Part shown: positions 48,061 to 57,014 of the stretch, piece by piece
How positions within the stretch are numbered: the first letter of the stretch is position 1
Layout of the letters: every line of letters starts with the position of its first letter
Assembly (NCBI GenBank): GCA_900544605.1
Contig: UQVP01000002.1
Coordinates: forward strand, 13,709-77,708
DNA length: 64,000 bases
Source of the DNA: an uncultured Mycoplasmatota bacterium
GTDB lineage: Bacteria > Bacillota_I > Bacilli_A > RF39 > UBA660
Direction of reading: 5' to 3'
The notes under the pieces: model-generated
What the model saw: only the letters and a program-made list of their open reading frames with translations
What the model was told of the DNA's origin: nothing
Databases searched by the model: none
Translations under genes and position numbers: made by a program

Positions 48061-48837
48061 ATGAAATTATATTTAAAATTTTTAAACGTTCATTTCAAAA
48101 GCGCCTTACAATATAAAACATCATTTATACTATCATTTATAGCTAATATTTTTGATACTTTAGGATATTGCTTTACTATTTATTGCTTATTTAGTAAAAT
48201 TGACAACATTGGAGGTTTTAATTTATACGAAGTGTTATTAACATTTGCTATTATTAATTTTGGGCATTCCTTTTGTTCATCATTTTTTAGAGGTATAGAT
48301 CAATTTGATGACTTAATAATTTCTGGAGGATTTGATAAACTTTTAATTAGACCGCAGAACATTTTATTACAAATATGTGGAGAGCAGATAAGTTTTACAA
48401 AAATGGCCCGTTTTATTTTTTCGACTTTAATACTAATATATGCATCAATAAAAATTGAAATAAATTGGAGTATCTTGAAATTGATAACTTTGTTACTTAT
48501 GATCATCAGCTCTGTTATTGTGTTTTTAAGTATCTTTATATTATCTGCAGCGTACTGCTTTATAACTTTTAAAGGATTAGAAGTAAGAAATGTTTTTACC
48601 GATGGTGGAAAGCACATGGCTCAGTATCCAATTGGTATATTTAATAAAGGCATAATATATTTTTTTACTTTTATTATTCCTTTAGGATTTGTTAATTATT
48701 ATCCGTTATTGTTTTTAATTGGAAAAACCAATAATTATTTTGTTGCTATTTCTCCATTAATAACGATTATATATTTAATACCATCGCTTTTTATTTTTTA
48801 CAAAGGCGTCAAAAAATATTCTAGTGTTGGTTCATAA
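48061..48837 (+). CDS. ABC-2 family permease (second subunit)
   Basis: ATG 48061 (MKLYLKFLNV) lies right after the upstream stop. 6 TM helices. Confidence 0.65.
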   Translation: MKLYLKFLNVHFKSALQYKTSFILSFIANIFDTLGYCFTIYCLFSKIDNIGGFNLYEVLLTFAIINFGHSFCSSFFRGIDQFDDLIISGGFDKLLIRPQNILLQICGEQISFTKMARFIFSTLILIYASIKIEINWSILKLITLLLMIISSVIVFLSIFILSAAYCFITFKGLEVRNVFTDGGKHMAQYPIGIFNKGIIYFFTFIIPLGFVNYYPLLFLIGKTNNYFVAISPLITIIYLIPSLFIFYKGVKKYSSVGS

Positions 48838-48921
48838 TTAATACCACTTTTTTCTTCTAATAATAAAAACATAAATCAACATAATATTAATGTAGTCTGT
48901 GTTATGTAAAGGAGATGTTTT

Positions 48922-49908
48922 ATGTTTTTTAAAAAATTTAAAAAAGCATGTCTAACGCTTCTTCTTTCACTATTTATTATTCCAATAAATGCACTTGCTT
49001 ATTCAGATTACATTATCGCTGGTGGAGAGAATATCGGTATAGAGATTAAAGCAAAAGGAATTATCGTTGTTGGTGTTTATAAAGTAGGAGATAATTATCC
49101 TGCAAGTGAAGCCGGAATAAAAGTAGGAGATATTATTACAAGTATCAATGATGAAGTAGTCGCAAATATCTCTGATTTATCTTCAAAAATAAATACTCGT
49201 GGTGATGATAATATTAAAATTGGATATGTAAGAGACAATATTAGTGATTATACCAATTTAAAATTATATAAAGATAACGATGTTTATAAAACTGGATTAT
49301 ATGTAAAAGATTCTATTTCTGGAATAGGAACGTTAACATATATAGATCCTAACACTCGTCTTTTCGGTGCTTTAGGACATGAAATAATAGAAAAAAGCAC
49401 TGGTAAAATATTAGAAGTAAAAGATGGTAAAATATATGCGTCTAGTGTAACTAATATTGAGCCAAGTGTTAATGGTGTTCCAGGCGAGAAAAACGCTAAA
49501 TTAAATAGTGATGAAGTATTAGGAGATATCTTTGAAAACACGAGTAAAGGAATATTTGGTAATTACAAATTAGAAACAAATACTGGTAAAATATATAAAG
49601 TAGGAAAAATATCTGATATAAAAAAAGGAGACGCTATTATCAGAACTGTTATTGATAAAGACAATGTAGAAGAATTTGCTATTAATATTATTAAAATAAA
49701 TAATAGTGGTGAAACAAAAAATATTGTTTTTGAAATAACAGATAAAAATTTACTTGAAAAAACTGGTGGTATAATTCAAGGAATGAGTGGATCACCTATC
49801 ATTCAAGGTGATTTTATTATTGGAGCAGTAACCCACGTTGTAGTTGATGATACTACAAAGGGATATGGAATATTAATTACTAACATGTTAGAAGAAGCAG
49901 AAAACTAG
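48922..49908 (+). CDS. spoIVB: SpoIVB serine peptidase (S55) with PDZ domain
   Basis: Signal anchor; PDZ (AGIKVGDIITSINDE); GTLTYIDPNTRLFGALGH; GMSGSPI. Confidence 0.85.
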   Translation: MFFKKFKKACLTLLLSLFIIPINALAYSDYIIAGGENIGIEIKAKGIIVVGVYKVGDNYPASEAGIKVGDIITSINDEVVANISDLSSKINTRGDDNIKIGYVRDNISDYTNLKLYKDNDVYKTGLYVKDSISGIGTLTYIDPNTRLFGALGHEIIEKSTGKILEVKDGKIYASSVTNIEPSVNGVPGEKNAKLNSDEVLGDIFENTSKGIFGNYKLETNTGKIYKVGKISDIKKGDAIIRTVIDKDNVEEFAINIIKINNSGETKNIVFEITDKNLLEKTGGIIQGMSGSPIIQGDFIIGAVTHVVVDDTTKGYGILITNMLEEAEN

Positions 49909-49941
49909 ATTTCTAGTTTTCTTTTTGCTATAATATGTATC

Positions 49942-50778
49942 ATGAAGAAGTTTAAAAAAATATATATAGAAATAACAAATAAATGTAACTTAAATTGTTC
50001 TTTTTGCTCCAAAAGCAATAAAAAGAAAAAAGAAATGAGTACAATTGAATTTGAAAATGTATTAAAAAAGATAGATGCTTATGCAGATTACATCTATTTA
50101 CACGTGAAAGGAGAACCTTTATTACATTCTCATTTTAACGATATTTTAACTCTTAGTAAAAAGTATCACAAACAAGTTAATATTACTACAAATGGCACTT
50201 TATTAAAGTCTAAATTGTTTGATATAGTAAATTCAAATGTTGTAAGACAAATAAATATTTCGATGCAAAGTATGGTTAATGAAAACTATTTGAATGATAT
50301 TTTAGAAAGTGTAAAATATATTTTAAGTAATTCAAATATTCAAATTGTTTTAAGATTTTGGGCTTTAGAAAATAATCAGTTTTCTAATTTACAAAAAGAT
50401 ATTATCATGAAGATAATTAAATATTTTAAGCTTGATGCTAACATCATAAAAGATATAAAAGAAAAAAATAATATTACTTTATGTGAAAGATTATATTTAA
50501 ATAAAGAATCTTTATTTGTTTGGCCATCACTTGAAAATGATTATTATAATGAAGTAGGGAAGTGTTATGGACTTAAAACACACGTTGGAATACTTGCAGA
50601 TGGTACTGTAGTTCCTTGCTGTTTAGATTCTGAAGGAATAATTGCTTTAGGCAACATATTTAATGAAAACTTTGATGATATTATTAATTCAAAGCGTAGT
50701 CAGGATATGATTAAAAATTTTAATAATAATAAAGTATGTGAGTTATTATGTAAAAAATGTAGTTTTAAAGATAAATAA
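49942..50778 (+). CDS. Radical SAM protein with C-terminal Cys-rich (SPASM-like) region
   Basis: CNLNCSFCS (CxxxCxxC) near the N-terminus. C-terminal CCLDSEG...CELLCKKC. Confidence 0.75.
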   Translation: MKKFKKIYIEITNKCNLNCSFCSKSNKKKKEMSTIEFENVLKKIDAYADYIYLHVKGEPLLHSHFNDILTLSKKYHKQVNITTNGTLLKSKLFDIVNSNVVRQINISMQSMVNENYLNDILESVKYILSNSNIQIVLRFWALENNQFSNLQKDIIMKIIKYFKLDANIIKDIKEKNNITLCERLYLNKESLFVWPSLENDYYNEVGKCYGLKTHVGILADGTVVPCCLDSEGIIALGNIFNENFDDIINSKRSQDMIKNFNNNKVCELLCKKCSFKDK

Positions 50779-50789
50779 GGAGTGATTTC

Positions 50790-51488
50790 ATGATATATAT
50801 AACAGTAGATAAACACGCAAATTTTTATGAAGTATATAATTTTTGTGAAGAAGAAAAAACAAATATAAATGATTTAATGATAATTTTAGGTGACGCTGGG
50901 ATAAACTATTTTAATGATGAAAGAGATTATAAATTAAAAAACAAATTAAAAGAATGTAATATAACTTTTTTCTGTGTACACGGAAATCATGAAGAAAGAC
51001 CAGAAAATATTAAAACTTATAAGAAAAAGAACTTTTGTAATGGAATAGTATATTATGAAGAAGAATATCCAAATATACTATTTGCTAAAGATGGAGAGAT
51101 ATATAATTTAGATAATAAAAGTGTTTTAACTATAGGTGGAGCATATTCTGTAGATAAAGAATATCGATTAATCTTTGGTTATCAGTGGTATGAATCAGAA
51201 CAACCAAGTGAAGAAACTAAAAAGAAAATACTTGATATTGTTAATAAAAATAAAGATGTTGATATTGTATTAAGTCATACTTGCCCTTATAAATATATAC
51301 CTAGAGAAGTATTTTTATCTGGAATAGATCAATCAAAAGTTGATAATAGTACTGAGTATTTCTTGGATGAAGTTGAAAATAAATTAATATATAAAAAATG
51401 GTATTGTGGCCACTATCATACAGAAAAACAAATAGGTAAAATAGAATTTATGTTTAATACAATTAAAAAGTTTGACGATAAAAAATGA
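50790..51488 (+). CDS. Metallophosphoesterase
   Basis: LGDAG, VHGNHE, GGAYS, and SHTCP..GHYH motifs of calcineurin-like phosphoesterases. Confidence 0.65.
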   Translation: MIYITVDKHANFYEVYNFCEEEKTNINDLMIILGDAGINYFNDERDYKLKNKLKECNITFFCVHGNHEERPENIKTYKKKNFCNGIVYYEEEYPNILFAKDGEIYNLDNKSVLTIGGAYSVDKEYRLIFGYQWYESEQPSEETKKKILDIVNKNKDVDIVLSHTCPYKYIPREVFLSGIDQSKVDNSTEYFLDEVENKLIYKKWYCGHYHTEKQIGKIEFMFNTIKKFDDKK

Positions 51489-51493
51489 GAAAA

Positions 51494-52189
51494 TTAATTC
51501 TCATTTTTTAAGTATCCATATTTTTTCATTGCACTCTCTACTTGCTTATATCTTTGATTAGCTAAATTTTTATTAACATTAGGAGAATAAACAGAAGGAG
51601 CAGCAGGAAGTCCTGCTAACATAATGGCTTCTTCTAGTGTTAAATCGTTCGCACTTTTACCATAATAACCTTTGCTAGCGTTTTCAATTCCATAGTATCC
51701 ATCGCCAAAGTAAATAATATTAACATATAATTCTAAAATTTCATTTTTAGTAAGTTTTTTTTCTAAATCTAGAGCTACAAATAATTCTGCTACTTTGCGA
51801 GTAAATTCTTTTTTTTGACTAAAATACATATTTTTAGCTAGTTGTTGAGTTATAGTACTGCCACCCATTCCTAACGATTTAGTTTTAATATTAGAGAATA
51901 GTGCTCCAAAAGTTGATATTAAATCAATTCCTTTGTGCTTATAAAACCTGTGATCCTCAACTGCAATAACCGCATCTTTATAATATTTTGATACATCTTC
52001 AATTTTTATATAATTGTCTTGCATTTTAATGCTATTAATTTTTTCTTCAATTGATATTTCATTTATTGCAGCTTGATAAGTAATGTATCCCTTATAAAAT
52101 ATTACATTACATATAACAAGAAAAGCAATAAAGATTAGTAGTAAAATTTTAATTATAGGATTTAGAGGTTTTCTTTTTTTCTTTGCCAT
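51494..52189 (-). CDS. mtgA: Monofunctional peptidoglycan glycosyltransferase (GT51)
   Basis: EDHRFYKHKGID, GGSTITQQLAKN, and RKVAELF motifs with an N-terminal TM anchor. ATG 52189 follows an AGGTGG ribosome-binding site. Confidence 0.8.
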   Translation of the reverse strand: MAKKKRKPLNPIIKILLLIFIAFLVICNVIFYKGYITYQAAINEISIEEKINSIKMQDNYIKIEDVSKYYKDAVIAVEDHRFYKHKGIDLISTFGALFSNIKTKSLGMGGSTITQQLAKNMYFSQKKEFTRKVAELFVALDLEKKLTKNEILELYVNIIYFGDGYYGIENASKGYYGKSANDLTLEEAIMLAGLPAAPSVYSPNVNKNLANQRYKQVESAMKKYGYLKNEN

Positions 52190-52273
52190 AAATACCACCT
52201 AATATAATTATATCTCATATAAGTATTAAAACAAATAAAAGATAATAAAAAAAATTATTGCTTTACAATAATT

Positions 52274-52360
52274 TTAAATAAAGATAATTGTTGCTACAAA
52301 AGATCCTATCATTACAAGCAACATTATCCAAACTACTATTTTTTGAACTTTTTTATCCAT
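52274..52360 (-). CDS. DUF4044-like small membrane protein (28 aa), below the ORF-track cutoff
   Basis: MDKKVQKIVVWIMLLVMIGSFVATIIFI* with a GAGGTG ribosome-binding site 5 nt upstream. Confidence 0.55.
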   Translation of the reverse strand: MDKKVQKIVVWIMLLVMIGSFVATIIFI

Positions 52361-52446
52361 AATGCACCTCAACATAATTATAATACATTTTAAAGTTTTT
52401 TGGAATATAAATAATTTACTTTCATATTTTTAATTAGAGGTGAATC

Positions 52447-53076
52447 ATGAAAAAAGTAACGGACAAGTTCAAAATAACTATTAAACATAATAAAAAAGTA
52501 ATATTCTTTCTAGGAATAATAGCTGTAATAGCCATAATATTTGGTTCATTATTTAGTGTTATGTTAAATGAAAGTGATAAAAATTTAACTCTGGAGTATA
52601 TAAATAATTTTTTTGAAAATATCAAAAATAATAATTTAAATTATATTTTAGCTTTAAAAAATGGTAGTATAAGTTCTCTAGGTTTTATTTTAATAGTGTG
52701 GCTTTTGGGAGTATCTATAATTGGAATGCCTATAGTGTTATTTATGTATTTTTCAAAATTTTTTGTAATAGGATTTTCTATTTCAAGTATTATTAAGGGT
52801 TATGGTCTTAAAGGATGTTTACTTAGTTTTGCTTACATATTTCCTCATCATATCATATACATTATAGTTTATACTATTTTAACTGTATATTCTATTAAGA
52901 TGTCTATTAAACTCATTTCAACGATTATAAAAAAAGATAAAATAGATTTTAAACCTATTATTAATAAATATCTTTTAGTACTTTTATTATCTGCTATTAT
53001 TGCTGTTTTAACGCTTCTTTTTGAAGTGTTTATTACTCCTAAATTTATTAACCTTATTTTATTATTAGTAAAATAG
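52447..53076 (+). CDS. spoIIM: Stage II sporulation protein M-like membrane protein
   Basis: 209 aa with 5 TM helices in a SpoIIM-like layout. Ribosome-binding site AGAGGTG. Confidence 0.7.
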   Translation: MKKVTDKFKITIKHNKKVIFFLGIIAVIAIIFGSLFSVMLNESDKNLTLEYINNFFENIKNNNLNYILALKNGSISSLGFILIVWLLGVSIIGMPIVLFMYFSKFFVIGFSISSIIKGYGLKGCLLSFAYIFPHHIIYIIVYTILTVYSIKMSIKLISTIIKKDKIDFKPIINKYLLVLLLSAIIAVLTLLFEVFITPKFINLILLLVK

Positions 53077-53168
53077 GGGAGAAAGACAAGAAAAATCATC
53101 TTGTCTTTTACTTTACACTTGACAATTGACATAGAAGTGTTAAAATGATAATAGGAGGTTTTAAGAAT

Positions 53169-53951
53169 ATGGAAAGATTAAACGAAATATTACATGAATT
53201 AGGTATCTCAAAAGTTAAACTAGCCAAATTTTTAGGAGTTTCTAGACAAATGATTTATAATTATTTAGAACTAGATGATATTAACAAATGGCCAAAAGAT
53301 AAAAAAGTATTATTATTAAATTTATTAGGTATTAAATCACCAGAGGAGTTAAATAATATTAAAGTAGACACCGATTATATATTAAGTGTTGAAAATAGAT
53401 TAAATAGCTTGGTAGAAAGTGAACAAAGTATTCATAATGCAATGGATAAATCTATTTATGAAGGATTAGGTAAAAGTCAAAAGGAACTTTTTCAAAATTT
53501 AATAGATATTATTAAAGAAAAATTAGATGATGAAAAAGATCATGAATCATATTTTGCAATGAAATATCTTTATAACTTTTTACAATCTATGAACTCTTCT
53601 GTAGAGCTTAAATACATGTTAGCGTATGTTGCTAAAGCCACAGGATTTGTTAAACCAAGTGAGTTTGCTTTTAACGAAGATGAACAATTTACTTTTGAAG
53701 CTATTATGTTCTCTGCTATGACATTATATAATGGGGGAGGGGCTTCTAAAGCAAAATTGGCTGAATCTCACAAACGTTTTGTTGCTCATATCGAACATAA
53801 GATGGAAGAAAAAATCAGTCGTACTTTAGAGCTTAATACCATTAAAGTTCAAGCACTAAAGGAATTAAATTATACAGAAATAAATGAACAAAATGCTGCT
53901 GAAGTATTTGAAAAAATAGCTGAAATTCAATCTCGTAATGTTACAAATTAA
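53169..53951 (+). CDS. Helix-turn-helix (XRE-like) domain protein
   Basis: N-terminal ISKVKLAKFLGVSRQMIYNYLE. ATG 53169 follows an AGGAGG ribosome-binding site. The C-terminal ~190 aa are unassigned. Confidence 0.6.
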   Translation: MERLNEILHELGISKVKLAKFLGVSRQMIYNYLELDDINKWPKDKKVLLLNLLGIKSPEELNNIKVDTDYILSVENRLNSLVESEQSIHNAMDKSIYEGLGKSQKELFQNLIDIIKEKLDDEKDHESYFAMKYLYNFLQSMNSSVELKYMLAYVAKATGFVKPSEFAFNEDEQFTFEAIMFSAMTLYNGGGASKAKLAESHKRFVAHIEHKMEEKISRTLELNTIKVQALKELNYTEINEQNAAEVFEKIAEIQSRNVTN

Positions 53952-54366
53952 AATAGGTTAAGACCCCTATTTTTTTGTTTACTCCCCCTACTTTAATATT
54001 TTTTTAAAAAAGGGGAGTTATATTTTAAAAATAACAACTATATAAAATATATAGATTAATTTTAAGCACTTTTTAATTTAAAAGCAATATAGTTGTTAAG
54101 CTCGATTGCTTAAAATTAATCACTAAAATAGAATATAGTTATGTAGTTATGACATACATAATAAATTATTTATAAATATAAGTTAATTTAAATTTAAAAT
54201 TAAAATAATGATATTAATAACAATAAAATAAATTTATAATTCAAAATAATACTACATATGTATTATTAATTATAATTATATAAAATATACATAATATAAT
54301 AGATAACTATATATATTAAAAACATTAAAAAATGCTAAAAAAGCATAAAATTATTAATTAAATTAA

Positions 54367-54394
54367 AATTCGAATAATGAATATTATGTTAACT
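54367..54394. other. dif: dif-like XerC/XerD recombination site candidate
   Basis: AATTCGAATAA-TGAATA-TTATGTTAACT. By hand alignment, 22 of 28 positions are identical to E. coli dif (GGTGCGCATAATGTATATTATGTTAAAT). The XerD arm is 10/11 identical. It lies exactly at the + to - gene-orientation switch. Confidence 0.55.
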
Positions 54395-54465
54395 TCTTAT
54401 AATTAACAAATATTACCACTTATAAATAATAATAGTAGAACAATAATAATACTGGGTGATGAAAG

Positions 54466-54624
54466 ATGAAAAAGAATAAAAAGATGGATTCAAAAAATAC
54501 TAACAGTAAAACAAATAACTGCAAAAATAATTCTTGCAAAGATTGTAAAAACTGTAAGTCAAATGAAAAATCTAGCGAAGCTTCTTATGATGCCAGAGCT
54601 AAAGATTCATTAGATTTTGAATAA
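54466..54624 (+). CDS. Small Lys/Asn/Cys-rich protein (52 aa), below the ORF-track cutoff
   Basis: MKKNKKMDSKNTNSKTNNCKNNSCKDCKNCKSNEKSSEASYDARAKDSLDFE*. Ribosome-binding site GGGTGA. A hairpin follows (AGAAGCA-ATATA-TGCTTCT plus a T-run). Confidence 0.45.
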   Translation: MKKNKKMDSKNTNSKTNNCKNNSCKDCKNCKSNEKSSEASYDARAKDSLDFE

Positions 54625-54675
54625 TTACCCAAAAAAGAAGCAATATATGCTTCTTTTACTTTATTCCCTACTCTT

Positions 54676-55884
54676 TTATATATTAAAATTACCATTTTTA
54701 AATATTAGTTTTTTGCCTTCAATTGTATCTGCTTCTATTTCTAAATCTGATGTTCCAATCATAAAATCAACATGGTAATTAGAAATATTACAGCCTAATT
54801 TTTTAAGCTCATCTGAAGTTAAATTTTTACCATTATAAAAAGCATTTGGGAAACCTCTACCTACAGCTAAATGACAAGATGCATTTTCATCATATAAAGT
54901 TGAATTATATACAACACCTGTGTTTGAAATTGGTGAATCATAGGGAACTAATGCAACTTCTCCTAAATATTTAGTATTGTCAAAATTGTTTAAAAGATTT
55001 TTTAAATACTTCTCTCCTACTTCTGCATGACAATCAACGGCTATCCCGTTTTCAAATTTAATCCAAAAATTTTCAATTTTATTTTCATCATAGATTAAAG
55101 GCTTACTAGAATAAACTATGCCATTTGTTTCACGGTAATCAGGAGTTGTAAATATTTCATAACTAGGCATATTAACAATAACACCACTGTTTTTATCTAA
55201 ATTCATCCATGTATTTTTATCAGGAATTTTAACTGTTAAATCTGTTCCTAAAGAATTTTTATAATGCATATAAGATATTTTTAAATTATTTAATTTTTCT
55301 TTATATATATTATTGCTTTTTATATAATCATTCCAAGCTTTAATTGGATCTTCTTTATCAACCATGCACATTTTCATAATAGATAAATAAAGTTTTTGAT
55401 AAGCATTTGGGTCATTATTAAATACTTCTTTAGCCCATTTTTCATTAGGAAGACTAACTATGCACCATGGGAACAAATACTTAGCTACATTTTCTTTATA
55501 ATATGATATTGTTTTTATTCTTTCTTTAGCTAGTTTAGTAAGTTTTTCATTGTCAATATTTTTCATTAGATTAGGAATAGTTGAAGTTAAAAATAGTAAA
55601 CAGCCACCTTTTTTTGCATACTCATCCCATTTACTTCTATCAACAATTTTATTATTTTTAATGTCTTTTATATTTGTTTTTAGTAAATAATCGTGTACTT
55701 CATATAAATCATTTATATTAATATAAATATCACTAATACCTAATTCTAGCGCACGTTTTTTTACTTTTTCCGCAAATGGTAAATGTTCTTTTAAATCACA
55801 ATTGATTAATAATGAATTGGTATTTTTAAAATTTAAACATCTTTTTAAAATCAAATCAATATATTTATTTTCTAATTCTGTCAT
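54676..55884 (-). CDS. M29-family aminopeptidase (AmpS/PepS-like)
   Basis: 402 aa. The overall pattern fits thermophilic metalloprotease M29 (EIFTTPD, YLGEVALVP, DENASCHLAVG, HVDFMIG). Confidence 0.8.
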   Translation of the reverse strand: MTELENKYIDLILKRCLNFKNTNSLLINCDLKEHLPFAEKVKKRALELGISDIYININDLYEVHDYLLKTNIKDIKNNKIVDRSKWDEYAKKGGCLLFLTSTIPNLMKNIDNEKLTKLAKERIKTISYYKENVAKYLFPWCIVSLPNEKWAKEVFNNDPNAYQKLYLSIMKMCMVDKEDPIKAWNDYIKSNNIYKEKLNNLKISYMHYKNSLGTDLTVKIPDKNTWMNLDKNSGVIVNMPSYEIFTTPDYRETNGIVYSSKPLIYDENKIENFWIKFENGIAVDCHAEVGEKYLKNLLNNFDNTKYLGEVALVPYDSPISNTGVVYNSTLYDENASCHLAVGRGFPNAFYNGKNLTSDELKKLGCNISNYHVDFMIGTSDLEIEADTIEGKKLIFKNGNFNI

Positions 55885-55922
55885 TGAATAAACCTCCTTA
55901 ATGCTTATTATAACATGATTAA

Positions 55923-56669
55923 CTAGAATAAGAAATGATTAATAGCCATAAATATTATTCCTATAACAAAAAATATATAAGATAACGATTTATTTTTATA
56001 ACTTAGTGATTTAGGTAATAGTTCAAAGAATGATATATAGCTCATTATTCCAGCTATCATAGCCATTAATAAACCCATAACCAGATTATTCATGAATGGT
56101 TTTAAAAAAAGAAAGGCAAGTAGTGCTCCGAATGGCTCTGATATTGCAGAAACAAGTGTATAAAACAATGCTTTTTTTCTATTTCCTGTCGAATAAAAAA
56201 TAGGGACTGCAATACTTATTCCTTCTGGTATATTATGTAATGCAATGGCAATAGTTAAAGATAATCCTAAACTCAAATTGGTACTAGTAGTCATAAATGT
56301 AGCTATCCCTTCAGGGATATTATGCATAATAATAGCAAACATAGATATTATCCCTACCCTATATAAGCCTTTTTTAGAATTATTATCAACTTCAGGCATA
56401 CACTTATCTATTTTTCTAGTTAATAATGCTCCTAGCACCATAAAAACAGTAATTATAAGTATTTCTATAATACTTTTATAATTTAAAAGAGTTATAGCTT
56501 CAGGAATTAGATCTAAAATAGATACAGTAAGCATAACTCCAGACGCAAAAGATAAAGAAGCTACTACTACCCTATTTGTTTTTTCTTTAAAAAAAATTAA
56601 AATGGTTCCAATCATTGTAGAAAAACCAGCTATAAAAGTTAAAAGAAAACTATATAATGTAATGGACAT
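55923..56669 (-). CDS. zupT: ZIP-family zinc/metal transporter
   Basis: 8 TM helices, with HNIPEG present twice (MHNIPEGIA, LHNIPEGIS). Confidence 0.85.
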   Translation of the reverse strand: MSITLYSFLLTFIAGFSTMIGTILIFFKEKTNRVVVASLSFASGVMLTVSILDLIPEAITLLNYKSIIEILIITVFMVLGALLTRKIDKCMPEVDNNSKKGLYRVGIISMFAIIMHNIPEGIATFMTTSTNLSLGLSLTIAIALHNIPEGISIAVPIFYSTGNRKKALFYTLVSAISEPFGALLAFLFLKPFMNNLVMGLLMAMIAGIMSYISFFELLPKSLSYKNKSLSYIFFVIGIIFMAINHFLF

Positions 56670-56776
56670 AGTATCACCATTTAATTATATAGCTTTTAAC
56701 TAATATTATGTTTAAAATGTTATAGTTTGTACATATTAAAACAGTAAACTTGTTTTGCATATTTTATGTCAAAATC

Positions 56777-56805
56777 TTGACTTTTAGCATAAAATATAGT
56801 ATATT
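56777..56805 (+). promoter_or_regulatory. Promoter of the type III antitoxin-toxin transcript
   Basis: TTGACT (56777-82), a 17-nt spacer, then TATATT (56800-05). Confidence 0.55.
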
Positions 56806-56837
56806 ATTATTGCATTTGAAGAAGTGCATCAATAAGA

Positions 56838-56950
56838 AAATGTTTCTCGCTCCCGGATGGTGCGAGTAATAAATTATTCCGGTCGACAATGTTTCTCGCT
56901 CTCGGGTGGTGCGAGTAATAAATTATCCCGAATGAAAATGTTTTGAAAAC
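56838..56950 (+). ncRNA. Type III antitoxin RNA array (2 full and 1 partial 49-nt repeats, ToxI/CptI-like)
   Basis: Repeat units start at 56838, 56887 and 56936. Each folds into stem CTCGC/GCGAG with a loop-to-3' pseudoknot. The pseudoknot is preserved by two compensatory substitution pairs between the units. Confidence 0.75.
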
Positions 56951-56977
56951 TTTATCTTAATTGATAGAGTTTTCTTT
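56944..56977 (+). terminator. Terminator between the antitoxin repeats and the toxin gene
   Basis: A 12-bp stem (56944-56955 with 56962-56973, one G-U pair) and loop TTAATT, followed by TTTT. Confidence 0.7.
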
Positions 56978-57014
56978 TACTTTATGATAAAATCATGTCA
57001 AAGGAGTTGATGTT

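Noticed and set aside
54283-54310. A second dif-like stretch (AATATACATAATATAATAGATAACT).
   Set aside because: Only the ACATAATATA core resembles the reverse complement of B. subtilis dif. The XerC-arm half does not match. A chance match in pure A/T sequence is likely, and the 54367-54394 site is much better.
53978-54465. The AT-rich gap as a replication origin (oriC).
   Set aside because: No DnaA-box-like TTATCCACA/TGTGGATAA was seen and no dnaA or dnaN is nearby. The flanking genes converge rather than diverge, which fits a terminus and not an origin.
56838-56935. The 49-nt repeats as a tandem riboswitch (guanidine-III or preQ1-like pseudoknots).
   Set aside because: The sequence does not match the conserved cores of those classes as I recall them. 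The array-terminator-toxin layout and the ToxN-like downstream ORF explain it better as a type III antitoxin.
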